64,000 nt of DNA, taken from contig OZ024742.1 of the NCBI GenBank assembly GCA_964016885.1, positions 13,702,001 to 13,766,000 on the forward strand. The letters run 5' to 3'. Below are positions 1 through 15,000 of the stretch, piece after piece (positions within the stretch are counted from its first letter, which is position 1; every line of letters starts with the position of its first letter). The position numbers and the translations under genes were made by a program. This stretch comes from Eledone cirrhosa (taxonomy: Eukaryota). The notes below the pieces were generated by a model that saw only the letters and a program-made list of their open reading frames with translations, made no database searches and was not told the origin of the DNA.

Positions 1-3000
1 GTTCCACCCAGCCTCATATCTTGACTTGGTCATTCCATGACAGTATCTTGGTCAGTCTATCACCTGTTTGACCCAGCCTCATATCTTGATTTGGTCATTC
101 CATGACAGTATCTTGGTCAGTATATCACCTGTTCCACCCAGCCTCATATCTTGACTTGGTCATTCCATGACAGTATCTTGGTCAGTCTATCACCTGTTTG
201 ACCCAGCCTTATATCTTGACTTGGTCATTCCATGACAGTATCTTGGTCAGTCTATCACCTGTTTGACCCAGCCTCATACCTTGACTTGGTCATTCCATGA
301 CAGTATCTTGGTCAGTCTATCACATGTTTGACCCAGCCTCATATCTTGATTTGGTCATTCCATGACAGTATCTTGGTCAGTCTATCACCTGTTCCACCCA
401 GCCTCATATCTTGACTTGGTCATTCCATGACAGTATCTTGTTCAGTCTATCACCTATTCCACCCAGCCTCATATCTTGATTTGGTCATTCCATGACAGTA
501 TCTTGGTCAGTCTATCACCTGTTTGACACAGCCTCATATCTTGATTTGGTCATTCCATGACAGTATCTTGGTCAGTCTATGACATGTTCCACCCAGCCTC
601 ATATCTTGACTTGGTCATTCCAAGACAGTATCTTGGTCAGTCTATCACCTGTTTGACCCAGCCTCATATCTTGACTTGATCATTCCATGACAGTATCTTG
701 GTCAGTCTATCTCCTGTTTGACCCAGCCTCATATCTTGACTTGGTCATTCCATGACGGTATATTGGTCAGTCTATCACCTGTTTGACCCAGCCTCATATC
801 TTGACTTGGTCATTCCATGACAGTATCTTGGTCAGTCTATCACCTGTTCCACCCAGCCTCATATCTTGACTTGGTCATTCCATGACAGTATCTTGGTCAG
901 TCTATCACCTGTTTGACCCAGCCTCATATCTTGACTTGGTCATTCCATGACAGTATCTTGGTCAGTCTATCTCCTGTTTGACCCAGCCTCATATCTTGAA
1001 TTGGTCATTCCATGACAGTATCTTGGTCAGTCTATCACATGTTTGACCCAGCCTCATATCTTGATTTGGTCATTCCATGACAGTATCTTGGTCAGTCTAT
1101 CACCTGTTCCACCCAGCCTCATATCTTGACTTGGTCATTCCATGACAGTATCTTGGTCAGTCTATCACCTGTTTGACCCAGCCTTATATCTTGACTTGGT
1201 CATTCCATGACAGTATCTTGGTCAGTCTATCACCTGTTTGACCCAGCCTCATATCTTGACTTGGTCATTCCATGACAGTATCTTGGTCAGTCTATCACAT
1301 GTTTGACCCAGCCTCATATCTTGATTTGGTCATTCCATGACAGTATCTTGGTCAGTCTATCACCTGTTCCACCCAGCCTCATATCTTGACTTGGTCATTC
1401 CATGACAGTATCTTGGTCAGTCTATCACCTATTCCACCCAGCCTCATATCTTGATTTGGTCATTCCATGACAGTATCTTGGTCAGTCTATCACCTGTTTG
1501 ACACAGCCTCATATCTTGGTTTGGTCATTCCATGACAGTATCTTGGTCAGTCTATCACTTGTTCCACCCAGCCTCATATCTTGACTTGGTCATTCCATGA
1601 CAGTATCTTGGTCAGTCTATCACCTGTTTGACCCAGCCTCATATCTTCACTTGGTCATTCCATGACAGTATCTTGGTCAGTCTATCACCTGTTTGACCCA
1701 GCCTCATATCTTGACTTTGTCATTCCATGACAGTATCTTGGTCAGTCTATCACCTGTTTGACCCAGCCTCATATCTTGACTTGTTCATTGCATGACATTA
1801 TCGTGGTCAGTCTAGCACCTGTTTGACCCAGCCTCATATCTTGACTTGGTCATTCCATGACAGTATCTTGGTCAGTCTATCACCTGTTTGACCTAGCCTC
1901 ATATCTTGACTTGGTCATTCCATGACAGTATCGTAGTCAGTCTATCACCTGTTTGACCCAGCCTCATATCTTGATTTGGTCATTCTATGACAGTATCTTG
2001 GTCAGTCTATCACTTGTTCCACCCAGCCTCATATCTTGACTTGGTCATTCCATGACAGTATCTTGGTCAGTCTATCACCTGTTTGACCCAGCCTTATATC
2101 TTCACTTGGTCATTCCATGACAGTATCGTGGTCAGTCTAGCACCTGTTTGACCCAGCCTCATATCTTGACTTGGTCATTCCATGACAGTATCTTGGTCAG
2201 TCTATCACCTGTTTGACCCAGCCTCATATCTTGATTTGGTCATTCCATGACAGTATCTTGGTCAGTCTATCACCTGTTTGACCCAGCCTCATATCTTGAC
2301 TTGGTCATTCGATGACAGTATCTTGGTCAGTATATCACCGGTTTGACCCAGCCTTATATCTTGACTTGGTCATTCCATGACAGTATCTTGGACAGTCTAT
2401 CACCTGTTTGACCCAGCCTCGTATCTTGACTTGGTCATTCCATGACAGTATCTTGGTCAGTCTATCTCCTGTTTGACCCAGCCTCATATCTTGACTTGGT
2501 CATTCCATGACAGTATCTTGGTCAGTCTATCACCTGTTTGACCCAGCCTCGTATCTCTACTTGGTCATTCCATGACAGTATCTTGGTCAGTCTATCACCT
2601 GTTTGACCCAGCCTCATATCTTGACATGGTCATTCCATGACAGTATCTGGGTCAGTATATCTCCTGTTCCACCCAGCCTCATATCTTGACTTGGTCATTC
2701 CATGAGAGTATCTTGGTCAGTCTATCACCTGTTTGACCCAGCCTCATATCCTGACATGGACATTCCATGACAGTATCTTGGTCAGTCTATCACCTGTTCC
2801 ACCCAGCCTCATATCTTGACTTGGTCATTCCATGACAGTATCGTGGTCAGTCTATCACCTGTTTGACCCAGCCTTATATCTTGACTTGATCATTCCATGA
2901 CAGTATCTTGGTCAGTTTATCACCTGTTTGACCCAGCCTCATATCCTGACTTGTTCATTCCATGACAGTATCTTGGTCAGTCTATCACCTGTTCCACCCA

Positions 3001-6000
3001 GCCTCATAACTTGACTTGGTCATTCCATGACAGTATCTAGGTCAGTCTATCACCTGTTTGACCCAGCCTTATATCTTGACTTGATCATTCCATGACAGTA
3101 TCTTGGTCAGTTTATCACCTGTTTGACCCAGCCTCATATCCTGACTTGTTCATTCCATGACAGTATCTTGGTCAGTCTATCACCTGTTCCACCCAGCCTC
3201 ATAACTTGACTTGGTCATTCCATGACAGTATCTTGGTCAGTGTATCACCTGTTTGACCCAGCCTTATATCTTGACTTGGTCATTCCATGACAGTATCTTG
3301 GTCAGTTTATCACCTGTTTGACCCAGCCTCATATCTTGACTTGGTCATTCCATGACAGTATCTTGGTCAGTCTATCACCTGTTTGACCCAGCCTCATATC
3401 TTGACTTGGTCATTCCATGACAGTATCTTGGTCAGTCTATCACCTGTTTGACCAAGCCTCATATCTTGACTTGGTCATTCCATGACAGTATCTTGGTCAG
3501 TCTATCTCCTGTTTGACCCAGCCTCATATCTTGACTTGGTCATTTCATGACGGTATATTGGTCAGTCTATCACCTGTTTGACCCAGCCTCATATCTTGAC
3601 TTGGTCATTCCATGACAGTATCTTGGTCAGTCTATCACCTGTTCCACCCAGCCTCATATCTTGACTTGGTCATTCCATGACAGTAACTTGGTCAGTCTAT
3701 CACCTGTTTGACCCAGCCTCATATCTTGATTTGGTCATTCCATGACAGTATCTTGGTCAGTCTATCACCTGTTCCACCCAGCCTCATATCTTGACTTGGT
3801 CATTCCATGACAGTATCTTGGTCAGTCTATCACCTGTTTGACCCAGCCTTATATCTTGACTTGGTCATTCCATGACAGTATCTTGGTCAGTCTATCACCT
3901 GTTTGACCCAGCCTCATACCTTGACTTGGTCATTCCATGACAGTATCTTGGTCAGTCTATCACATGTTTGACCCAGCCTCATATCTTGATTTGGTCATTC
4001 CATGACAGTATCTTGGTCAGTCTATCACCTGTTCCACCCAGCCTCATATCTTGACTTGGTCATTCCATGACAGTATCTTGGTCAGTCTATCACCTGTTTG
4101 ACACAGCCTCATATCTTGATTTGATCATTCCATGACAGTATCTTGGTCAGTCTATCACCTGTTTGACCAAGCCTCATATCTTGACTTGGTCATTCCATGA
4201 CAGTATCTTGGTCAGTCTATCTCCTGTTTGACCCAGCCTCATATCTTGACTTGGTCATTCTATGACGGTATATTGGTCAGTCTATCACCTGTTTGACCCA
4301 GCCTCATATCTTGACTTGGTCATTCCATGAGAGTATCTTGGTCAGTCTATCACCTGTTCCACCCATCCTCATATCTTGACTTGGTCATTCCATGACAGTA
4401 TCTTGGTCAGTCTATCACCTGTTTGACCCAGCCTCATATCTTGACTTGGTCATTCCATGACAGTATCTTGGTCAGTCTATCTCCTGTTTGACCCAGCCTC
4501 ATATCTTGACTTGGTCATTCCATGACAGTATCTTGGTCAGTCTATCACATGTTTGACCCAGCCTCATATCTTGATTTGGTCATTCCATGACAGTATCTTG
4601 GTCAGTCTATCACCTGTTCCACCCAGCCTCATATCTTGACTTGGTCATTCCATGACAGTATCTTGGTCAGTCTATCACCTGTTTGACCCAGCCTTATATC
4701 TTGACTTGGTCATTCCATGACAGTATCTTGGTCAGTCTATCACCTGTTTGACCCAGCCTCATATCTTGACTTGGTCATTCCATGACAGTATCTTGGTCAG
4801 TCTATCACATGTTTGACCCAGCCTCATATCTTGATTTGGTCATTCCATGACAGTATCTTGGTCAGTCTATCACCTGTTCCACCCAGCCTCATATCTTGAC
4901 TTGGTCATTCCATGACAGTATCTTGGTCAGTCTATCACCTATTCCACCCAGCCTCATATCTTGATTTGGTCATTCCATGACAGTATCTTGGTCAGTCTAT
5001 CACCTGTTTGACACAGCCTCATATCTTGATTTGGTCATTCCATGACAGTATCTTGGTCAGTCTATCACATGTTCCACCCAGCCTCATATCTTGACTTGGT
5101 CATTCCATGACAGTATCTTGGTCAGTCTATCACCTGTTTGACCCAGCCTCATATCTTGACTTGGTCATTCCATGACAGTATCTTGGTCAGTCTATCACCT
5201 GTTTGACCCAGCCTCATATCTTGACTTGGTCATTCGATGACAGTATCTTGGTCAGTATATCACCGGTTTGACCCAGCCTCATATCTTGACTTGGTCATTC
5301 CATGACAGTATCTTGGAGAGTCTATCACCTGTTTGACCCAGCCTCGTATCTTGACTTGGTCATTCCATGACAGTATCTTGGTCAGTCTATCACCTGTTTG
5401 ACCCAGCCTCGTATCTCTACTTGGTCATTCCATGACAGTATCTTGGTCAGTCTATCACCTGTTTCACCCAGCCTCATATCTTGACATGGTCATTCCATGA
5501 CAGTATCTGGGTCAGTATATCTCCTGTTCCACCCAGCCTCATATATTGACTTGGTCATTCCATGACAGTATCTTGGTCAGTCTATCACCTGTTTGACCCA
5601 GCCTCATATCCTGACATGGACATTCCATGACAGTATCTTGGTCAGTCTATCACCTGTTCCACCCAGCCTCATATCTTGACTTGGTCATTCCATGACAGTA
5701 TCTAGGTCAGTCTATCACCTGTTTGACCCAGCCTTATATCTTGACTTGATCATTCCATGACAGTATCTTGGTCAGTTTATCACCTGTTTGACCCAGCCTC
5801 ATATCCTGACTTGTTCATTCCATGACAGTATCTTGGTCAGTCTATCACCTGTTCCACCCAGCCTCATAACTTGACTTGGTCATTCCATGACAGTATCTTG
5901 GTCAGTGTATCACCTGTTTGACCCAGCCTTATATCTTGACTTGGTCATTCCATGACAGTATCTTGGTCAGTTTATCACCTGTTTGACCCAGCCTCATATC

Positions 6001-9000
6001 TTGACTTGGTCATTCCATGACAGTATCTTGGTCAGTCTATCACCTGTTTGACCCAGCCTCATATCTTGACTTGGTCATTCCATGACAGTATCTTGGTCAG
6101 TCTATCACCTGTTTGACCAAGCCTCATATCTTGACTTGGTCATTCCATGACAGTATCTTGGTCAGTCTATCTCCTGTTTGACCCAGCCTCATATCTTGAC
6201 TTGGTCATTCCATGACGGTATATTGGTCAGTCTATCACCTGTTTGACCCAGCCTCATATCTTGACTTGGTCATTCCATGACAGTATCTTGGTCAGTCTAT
6301 CACCTGTTCCACCCAGCCTCATATCTTGACTTGGTCATTCCATGACAGTATCTTGGTCAGTCTATCACCTGTTTGACCCAGCCTCATATCTTGATTTGGT
6401 CATTCCATGACAGTATCTTGGTCAGTCCATCTCCTGTTTGACCCAGCCTCATATCTTGACTTGGTCATTCCATGACATTATCTTGGTCAGTCTATCACAT
6501 GTTTGACCCAGCCTCATATCTTGATTTGGTCATTCCATGACAGTATCTTGGTCAGTCTATCACCTGTTCCACCCAGCCTCATATCTTGACTTGGTCATTC
6601 CATGACAGTATCTTGGTCAGTCTATCACCTGTTCCACCCAGCCTCATAACTTGACTTGGTCATTCCATGACAGTATCTTGGTCAGTGTATCACCTGTTTG
6701 ACCCAGCCTTATATCTTGACTTGGTCATTCCATGACAGTATCTTGGTCAGTTTATCACCTGTTTGACCCAGCCTCATATCTTGACTTGGTCATTCCATGA
6801 CAGTATCTTGGTCAGTCTATCACCTGTTTGACCCAGCCTCATATCTTGACTTGGTCATTCCATGACAGTATCTTGGTCAGTCTATCACCTGTTTGACCAA
6901 GCCTCATATCTTGACTTGGTCATTCCATGAGAGTATCTTGGTCAGTCTATCTCCTGTTTGACCCAGCCTCATATCTTGACTTGGTCATTCCATGACGGTA
7001 TATTGGTCAGTCTATCACCTGTTTGACCCAGCCTCATATCTTGACTTGGTCATTCCATGACAGTATCTTGGTCAGTCTATCACCTGTTCCACCCAGCCTC
7101 ATATCTTGACTTGGTCATTCCATGACAGTATCTTGGTCAGTCTATCACCTGTTTGACCCAGCCTCATATCTTGACTTGGTCATTCCATGACAGTATCTTG
7201 GTCAGTCTATCTCCTGTTTGACCCAGCCTCATATCTTGCATTGGTCATTCCATGACAGTATCTTGGTCAGTCTATCACATGTTTGACCCAGCCTCATATC
7301 TTGATTTGGTCATTCCATGACAGTATCTTGGTCAGTCTATCACCTGTTCCACCCAGCCTCATATCTTGACTTGGTCATTCCATGACAGTATCTTGGTCAG
7401 TCTATCACCTGTTTGACCCAGCCTTATATCTTGACTTGTTCATTCCATGACAGTATCTTGGTCAGTCTATCACCTGTTTGACCCAGCCTCATATCTTGAC
7501 TTGGTCATTCCATGACAGTATCTTGGTCAGTCTATCACATGTTTGACCCAGCCTCATATCTTGATTTGGTCATTCCATGACAGTATCTTGGTCAGTCTAT
7601 CACCTGTTCCACCCAGCCTCATATCTTGACTTGGTCATTCCATGACATTATCTTGGTCAGTCTATCACCTGTTTGACACAGCCTCATATCTTGACTTGGT
7701 CATTCCATGACAGTATCTTGGTCAGTCTATCACCTATTCCACCCAGCCTCATATCTTGATTTGGTCATTCCATGACAGTATCTTGGTCAGTCTATCACCT
7801 GTTTGACACAGCCTCATATCTTGGTTTGGTCATTCCATGACAGTATCTTGGTCAGTCTATCACTTGTTCCACCCAGCCTCATATCTTGACTTGGTCATTC
7901 CATGACAGTATCTTGGTCAGTCTATCACCTGTTTGACCCAGCCTCATATCTTCACTTGGTCATTCCATGACAGTATCTTGGTCAGTCTATCACCTGTTTG
8001 ACCCAGCCTCATATCTTGACTTTGTCATTCCATGACAGTATCTTGGTCAGTCTATCACCTGTTTGACCCAGCCTCATATCTTGACTTGGTCATTGCATGA
8101 CATTATCGTGGTCAGTCTAGCACCTGTTTGACCCAGCCTCATATCTTGACTTGGTCATTCCATGACAGTATCTTGGTCAGTCTATCACCTGTTTGACCTA
8201 GCCTCATATCTTGACTTGGTCATTCCATGACAGTATCGTGGTCAGTCTATCACCTGTTTGACCCAGCCTCATATCTTGATTTGGTCATTCTATGACAGTA
8301 TCTTGGTCAGTCTATCACTTGTTCCACCCAGCCTCATATCTTGACTTGGTCATTCCATGACAGTATCTTGGTCAGTCTATCACCTGTTTGACCCAGCCTT
8401 ATATCTTCACTTGGTCATTCCATGACAGTATCGTGGTCAGTCTAGCACCTGTTTGACCCAGCCTCATATCTTGATTTGGTCATTCGATGACAGTATCTTG
8501 GTCAGTCTATCACCTGTTTGACCCAGCCTCATATCTTGACTTGGTCATTCGATGACAGTATCTTGGTCAGTATATCACCGGTTTGACCCAGCCTTATATC
8601 TTGACTTGGTCATTCCATGACAGTATCTTGGACAGTCTATCACCTGTTTGACCCAGCCTCGTATCTTGACTTGGTCATTCCATGACAGTATCTTGGTCAG
8701 TCTATCACCTGTTTGACCCAGCCTCGTATCTCAACTTGGTCATTCCATGACAGTATCTTGGTCAGTCTATCACCTGTTTGACCCAGCCTCATATCTTGAC
8801 ATGGTCATTCCATGACAGTATCTGGGTCAGTATATCTCCTGTTCCACCCAGCCTCATATCTTGACTTGGTCATTCCATGAGAGTATCTTGGTCAGTCTAT
8901 CACCTGTTTGACCCAGCCTCATATCCTGACATGGACATTCCATGACAGTATCTTGGTCAGTCTATCACCTGTTCCACCCAGCCTCATATCTTGACTTGGT

Positions 9001-12000
9001 CATTCCATGACAGTATCTAGGTCAGTCTATCACCTGTTTGACCCAGCCTTATATCTTGACTTGGTCATTCCATGAGAGTATCTTGGTCAGTTTATCACCT
9101 GTTTGACCCAGCCTCATATCTTGACTTGGTCATTCCATGACAGTATCTTGGTCAGTCTATCACCTGTTTGACCCAGCCTCATATCTTGACTTGGTCATTC
9201 CATGACAGTATCTTGGTCAGTCTATCACCTGTTTGACCAAGCCTCATATCTTGACTTGGTCATTCCATGACAGTATCTTGGTCAGTCTATCTCCTGTTTG
9301 ACCCAGCCTCATATCTTGACTTGGTCATTCCATGACGGTATATTGGTCAGTCTATCACCTGTTTGACCCAGCCTCATATCTTGACTTGGTCATTCCATGA
9401 CAGTATCTTGGTCAGTCTATCACCTGTTCCACCCAGCCTCATATCTTGACTTGGTCATTCCATGACAGTATCTTGGTCAGTCTATCACCTGTTTGACCCA
9501 GCCTCATATCTTGATTTGGTCATTCCATGACAGTATCTTGGTCAGTCTATCACCTGTTCCACCCAGCCTCATATCTTGACTTGGTCATTCCATGACAGTA
9601 TCTTGGTCAGTCTATCACCTGTTTGACCCAGCCTTATATCTTGACTTGGTCATTCCATGACAGTATCTTGGTCAGTCTATCACCTGTTTGACCCAGCCTC
9701 ATACCTTGACTTGGTCATTCCATGACAGTATCTTGGTCAGTCTATCACATGTTTGACCCAGCCTCATATCTTGATTTGGTCATTCCATGACAGTATCTTG
9801 GTCAGTCTATCGCCTGTTCCACCCAGCCTCATATCTTGACTTGGTCATTCCATGACAGTATCTTGTTCAGTCTATCACCTATTCCACCCAGCCTCATATC
9901 TTGATTTGGTCATTCCATGACAGTATCTTGGTCAGTCTATCACCTGTTTGACACAGCCTCATATCTTGATTTGGTCATTCCATGACAGTATCTTGGTCAG
10001 TCTATGACATGTTCCACCCAGCCTCATATCTTGACTTGGTCATTCCAAGACAGTATCTTGGTCAGTCTATCACCTGTTTGACCCAGCCTCATATCTTGAC
10101 TTGATCATTCCATGACAGTATCTTGGTCAGTCTATCACCTGTTTGACCAAGCCTCATATCTTGACTTGGTCATTCCATGACAGTATCTTGGTCAGTCTAT
10201 CTCCTGTTTGATCCAGCCTCATATCTTGACTTGGTCATTCTATGACGGTATATTGGTCAGTCTATCACCTGTTTGACCCAGCCTCATATCTTGACTTGGT
10301 CATTCCATGAGAGTATCTTGGTCAGTCTATCACCTGTTCCACCCAGCCTCATATCTTGACTTGGTCATTCCATGACAGTATCTGGGTCAGTATATCTCCT
10401 GTTCCACCCAGCCTCATATATTGACTTGGTCATTCCATGACAGTATCTTGGTCAGTCTATCACCTGTTTGACCCAGCCTCATATCCTGACATGGACATTC
10501 CATGACAGTATCTTGGTCAGTCTATCACCTGTTCCACCCAGCCTCATATCTTGACTTGGTCATTCCATGACAGTATCTAGGTCAGTCTATCACCTGTTTG
10601 ACCCAGCCTTATATCTTGACTTGATCATTCCATGACAGTATCTTGGTCAGTTTATCACCTGTTTGACCCAGCCTCATATCCTGACTTGTTCATTCCATGA
10701 CAGTATCTTGGTCAGTCTATCACCTGTTCCACCCAGCCTCATAACTTGACTTGGTCATTCCATGACAGTATCTTGGTCAGTGTATCACCTGTTTGACCCA
10801 GCCTTATATCTTGACTTGGTCATTCCATGACAGTATCTTGGTCAGTTTATCACCTGTTTGACCCAGCCTCATATCTTGACTTGGTCATTCCATGACAGTA
10901 TCTTGGTCAGTCTATCACCTGTTTGACCCAGCCTCATATCTTGACTTGGTCATTCCATGACAGTATCTTGGTCAGTCTATCACCTGTTTGACCAAGCCTC
11001 ATATCTTGACTTGGTCATTCCATGACAGTATCTTGGTCAGTCTATCTCCTGTTTGACCCAGCCTCATATCTTGACTTGGTCATTCCATGACGGTATATTG
11101 GTCAGTCTATCACCTGTTTGACCCAGCCTCATATCTTGACTTGGTCATTCCATGACAGTATCTTGGTCAGTCTATCACCTGTTCCACCCAGCCTCATATC
11201 TTGACTTGGTCATTCCATGACAGTATCTTGGTCAGTCTATCACCTGTTTGACCCAGCCTCATATCTTGATTTGGTCATTCCATGACAGTATCTTGGTCAG
11301 TCCATCTCCTGTTTGACCCAGCCTCATATCTTGACTTGGTCATTCCATGACATTATCTTGGTCAGTCTATCACATGTTTGACCCAGCCTCATATCTTGAT
11401 TTGGTCATTCCATGACAGTATCTTGGTCAGTCTATCACCTGTTCCACCCAGCCTCATATCTTGACTTGGTCATTCCATGACAGTATCTTGGTCAGTCTAT
11501 CACCTGTTCCACCCAGCCTCATAACTTGACTTGGTCATTCCATGACAGTATCTTGGTCAGTGTATCACCTGTTTGACCCAGCCTTATATCTTGACTTGGT
11601 CATTCCATGACAGTATCTTGGTCAGTTTATCACCTGTTTGACCCAGCCTCATATCTTGACTTGGTCATTCCATGACAGTATCTTGGTCAGTCTATCACCT
11701 GTTTGACCCAGCCTCATATCTTGACTTGGTCATTCCATGACAGTATCTTGGTCAGTCTATCACCTGTTTGACCAAGCCTCATATCTTGACTTGGTCATTC
11801 CATGAGAGTATCTTGGTCAGTCTATCTCCTGTTTGACCCAGCCTCATATCTTGACTTGGTCATTCCATGACGGTATATTGGTCAGTCTATCACCTGTTTG
11901 ACCCAGCCTCATATCTTGACTTGGTCATTCCATGACAGTATCTTGGTCAGTCTATCACCTGTTCCACCCAGCCTCATATCTTGACTTGGTCATTCCATGA

Positions 12001-15000
12001 CAGTATCTTGGTCAGTCTATCACCTGTTTGACCCAGCCTCATATCTTGACTTGGTCATTCCATGACAGTATCTTGGTCAGTCTATCTCCTGTTTGACCCA
12101 GCCTCATATCTTGCATTGGTCATTCCATGACAGTATCTTGGTCAGTCTATCACATGTTTGACCCAGCCTCATATCTTGATTTGGTCATTCCATGACAGTA
12201 TCTTGGTCAGTCTATCACCTGTTCCACCCAGCCTCATATCTTGACTTGGTCATTCCATGACAGTATCTTGGTCAGTCTATCACCTGTTTGACCCAGCCTT
12301 ATATCTTGACTTGGTCATTCCATGACAGTATCTTGGTCAGTCTATCACCTGTTTGACCCAGCCTCATATCTTGACTTGGTCATTCCATGACAGTATCTTG
12401 GTCAGTCTATCACATGTTTGACCCAGCCTCATATCTTGATTTGGTCATTCCATGACAGTATCTTGGTCAGTCTATCACCTGTTCCACCCAGCCTCATATC
12501 TTGACTTGGTCATTCCATGACAGTATCTTGGTCAGTCTATCACCTATTCCACCCAGCCTCATATCTTGATTTGGTCATTCCATGACAGTATCTTGGTCAG
12601 TCTATCACCTGTTTGACACAGCCTCATATCTTGGTTTGGTCATTCCATGACAGTATCTTGGTCAGTCTATCACTTGTTCCACCCAGCCTCATATCTTGAC
12701 TTGGTCATTCCATGACAGTATCTTGGTCAGTCTATCACCTGTTTGACCCAGCCTCATATCTTCACTTGGTCATTCCATGACAGTATCTTGGTCAGTCTAT
12801 CACCTGTTTGACCCAGCCTCATATCTTGACTTTGTCATTCCATGACAGTATCTTGGTCAGTCTATCACCTGTTTGACCCAGCCTCATATCTTGACTTGGT
12901 CATTGCATGACATTATCGTGGTCAGTCTAGCACCTGTTTGACCCAGCCTCATATCTTGACTTGGTCATTCCATGACAGTATCTTGGTCAGTCTATCACCT
13001 GTTTGACCTAGCCTCATATCTTGACTTGGTCATTCCATGACAGTATCGTGGTCAGTCTATCACCTGTTTGACCCAGCCTCATATCTTGATTTGGTCATTC
13101 TATGACAGTATCTTGGTCAGTCTATCACTTGTTCCACCCAGCCTCATATCTTGACTTGGTCATTCCATGACAGTATCTTGGTCAGTCTATCACCTGTTTG
13201 ACCCAGCCTTATATCTTCACTTGGTCATTCCATGACAGTATCGTGGTCAGTCTAGCACCTGTTTGACCCAGCCTCATATCTTGATTTGGTCATTCGATGA
13301 CAGTATCTTGGTCAGTCTATCACCTGTTTGACCCAGCCTCATATCTTGACTTGGTCATTCGATGACAGTATCTTGGTCAGTATATCACCGGTTTGACCCA
13401 GCCTTATATCTTGACTTGGTCATTCCATGACAGTATCTTGGACAGTCTATCACCTGTTTGACCCAGCCTCGTATCTTGACTTGGTCATTCCATGACAGTA
13501 TCTTGGTCAGTCTATCACCTGTTTGACCCAGCCTCGTATCTCAACTTGGTCATTCCATGACAGTATCTTGGTCAGTCTATCACCTGTTTGACCCAGCCTC
13601 ATATCTTGACATGGTCATTCCATGACAGTATCTGGGTCAGTATATCTCCTGTTCCACCCAGCCTCATATCTTGACTTGGTCATTCCATGAGAGTATCTTG
13701 GTCAGTCTATCACCTGTTTGACCCAGCCTCATATCCTGACATGGACATTCCATGACAGTATCTTGGTCAGTCTATCACCTGTTCCACCCAGCCTCATATC
13801 TTGACTTGGTCATTCCATGACAGTATCTAGGTCAGTCTATCACCTGTTTGACCCAGCCTTATATCTTGACTTGGTCATTCCATGAGAGTATCTTGGTCAG
13901 TTTATCACCTGTTTGACCCAGCCTCATATCTTGACTTGGTCATTCCATGACAGTATCTTGGTCAGTCTATCACCTGTTTGACCCAGCCTCATATCTTGAC
14001 TTGGTCATTCCATGACAGTATCTTGGTCAGTCTATCACCTGTTTGACCAAGCCTCATATCTTGACTTGGTCATTCCATGACAGTATCTTGGTCAGTCTAT
14101 CTCCTGTTTGACCCAGCCTCATATCTTGACTTGGTCATTCCATGGCGGTATATTGGTCAGTCTATCACCTGTTTGACCCAGCCTCATATCTTGACTTGGT
14201 CATTCCATGACAGTATCTTGGTCAGTCTATCACCTGTTCCACCCAGCCTCATATCTTGACTTGGTCATTCCATGACAGTATCTTGGTCAGTCTATCACCT
14301 GTTTGACCCAGCCTCATATCTTGATTTGGTCATTCCATGACAGTATCTTGGTCAGTCTATCACCTGTTCCACCCAGCCTCATATCTTGACTTGGTCATTC
14401 CATGACAGTATCTTGGTCAGTCTATCACCTGTTTGACCCAGCCTTATATCTTGACTTGGTCATTCCATGACAGTATCTTGGTCAGTCTATCACCTGTTTG
14501 ACCCAGCCTCATACCTTGACTTGGTCATTCCATGACAGTATCTTGGTCAGTCTATCACATGTTTGACCCAGCCTCATATCTTGATTTGGTCATTCCATGA
14601 CAGTATCTTGGTCAGTCTATCACCTGTTCCACCCAGCCTCATATCTTGACTTGGTCATTCCATGACAGTATCTTGTTCAGTCTATCACCTATTCCACCCA
14701 GCCTCATATCTTGATTTGGTCATTCCATGACAGTATCTTGGTCAGTCTATCACCTGTTTGACACAGCCTCATATCTTGATTTGGTCATTCCATGACAGTA
14801 TCTTGGTCAGTCTATGACATGTTCCACCCAGCCTCATATCTTGACTTGGTCATTCCAAGACAGTATCTTGGTCAGTCTATCACCTGTTTGACCCAGCCTC
14901 ATATCTTGACTTGATCATTCCATGACAGTATCTTGGTCAGTCTATCACCTGTTTGACCAAGCCTCATATCTTGACTTGGTCATTCCATGACAGTATCTTG